Positions 63,510-64,000 of a DNA stretch of 64,000 nt are shown one piece after another; the first letter of the stretch is position 1; the number at the start of each line of letters is the position of its first letter. Position numbers and translations under genes: made by a program. The stretch is from an uncultured Gammaproteobacteria bacterium (lineage in GTDB: Bacteria; Patescibacteriota; Patescibacteriia; Patescibacteriales; GWC2-42-12). The notes beneath the pieces were generated by a model that was not told the DNA's origin, ran no database searches, and saw nothing but the letters and a program-made list of their open reading frames with translations. The stretch is taken from the NCBI GenBank assembly GCA_964537265.1, contig CAZHZE010000001.1:27103-91102 (forward strand). Reading direction: 5' to 3'.

Positions 63510-63542
63510 AAAAACAGACTTATTTAATAAGCCTGTTTTTTA
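63508..63542. terminator. Bidirectional terminator
   Basis: Stem CAGACTTATT / AATAAGCCTG (one mismatch), flanked by an A-run and a T-run. Confidence 0.55.
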
Positions 63543-63551
63543 GAATCTTTA

Positions 63552-64000
63552 TTATATTTTAAACTCGCTTGCCTGTTTTAATATTTTTTCTTCATCAAGC
63601 GTTTTTACATTTCTGTCCCGCATAATTATTTTTCCGTTTACAATAACATTTTCTACATCATTAGAATTAACGCAATAAGCTAAATGCGAATACGGATCAA
63701 AAATCGGGGTTAAATGCGGCTGATTTAAATTTATAGTAATTATGTCCGCCTTTTTATCAACCTCTAAAGAGCCGATTTCTTTTTCCGCGCCCATCACTTT
63801 AGCTCCATCAATAGTCGCCATTTTTATTACTTCTTTAGCGCTAATAGCCGTGGGGTCATAATTATTAACTTTATGCATTAAAGTGCAAGCACGCATATCG
63901 GAAAATAAATCTAATGTGTTATTGCTAGCCGCACCGTCAGTGCCTAACCCAACGATAATTTTCATATCTAACATTTTTTTAAGCGGCGCCACGCCTGATG
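63552..64000 (-). CDS. Amidohydrolase of the MtaD / chlorohydrolase family, N-terminal part outside the window
   Basis: The frame stays open to the window edge. SGVAPLKKMLDMKIIVGLGTDGAASNNTLD matches the conserved metal-ligand region of this family. Confidence 0.8.
   Translation of the reverse strand, partial: SGVAPLKKMLDMKIIVGLGTDGAASNNTLDLFSDMRACTLMHKVNNYDPTAISAKEVIKMATIDGAKVMGAEKEIGSLEVDKKADIITINLNQPHLTPIFDPYSHLAYCVNSNDVENVIVNGKIIMRDRNVKTLDEEKILKQASEFKI

Noticed and set aside
1-64000. A search for CRISPR arrays, rRNA genes, transposases/integrases, toxin-antitoxin pairs or restriction-modification genes.
   Set aside because: I saw no regularly spaced direct repeats, no rRNA-like conserved blocks, and no ORFs with recognisable transposase, integrase, methyltransferase (other than RsmH) or Cas motifs.

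Overview
AT-rich bacterial window with small, tightly packed genes and short intergenic regions. The gene content and style suggest a reduced-genome Patescibacteria/CPR-like organism: short TsaB and HrcA forms, GIY-YIG and DUF559 nucleases, hairpin repeats, and few Shine-Dalgarno sites on core genes. This assignment is an inference, not a database result. Core content: clpB, def-fmt, tRNA-Glu, a dcw fragment (mraZ-rsmH-ftsL-ftsI), mtaB, tRNA-Thr and tRNA-Lys, dnaB-ybaB-recR, rplU, secE-nusG-rplK-rplA, a dTTP-synthesis cluster (ndk, dCMP deaminase, dcd-like, thyA, folA, kinase, tmk fusion), gatB, miaA-miaB, the heat-shock operon hrcA-grpE-hsp20-dnaK-(DUF559)-dnaJ with a perfect CIRCE, and mrdA-mreD-murC. 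The accessory region at 12.4-29.1 kb is an envelope-glycan locus: an SbsA-Ig lipoprotein, two GT4 glycosyltransferases (one a 1028-aa fusion), a radical SAM enzyme, an O-antigen-ligase-like gene and a Wzz-like gene. Inside it sits a five-gene block (22.9-28.1 kb) encoding only exported proteins, two of them LysM proteins, with palindrome-rich leaders. This block is my best candidate for an undescribed system. Other notable items are a hairpin with a conserved 21-nt loop upstream of ftsI and secE, an in-frame palindromic insertion in mtaB, and tRNA-derived fragments around a GIY-YIG gene. There is also a DUF559 gene flanked by inverted hairpin elements between dnaK and dnaJ, a membrane-anchored Hsp100 paralog with a degenerate first ATPase module, and a promoter-to-terminator small-RNA candidate. 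No CRISPR array, rRNA gene or transposase was seen. All calls come from reading the sequence and ORF track by eye; no searches or computations were run.
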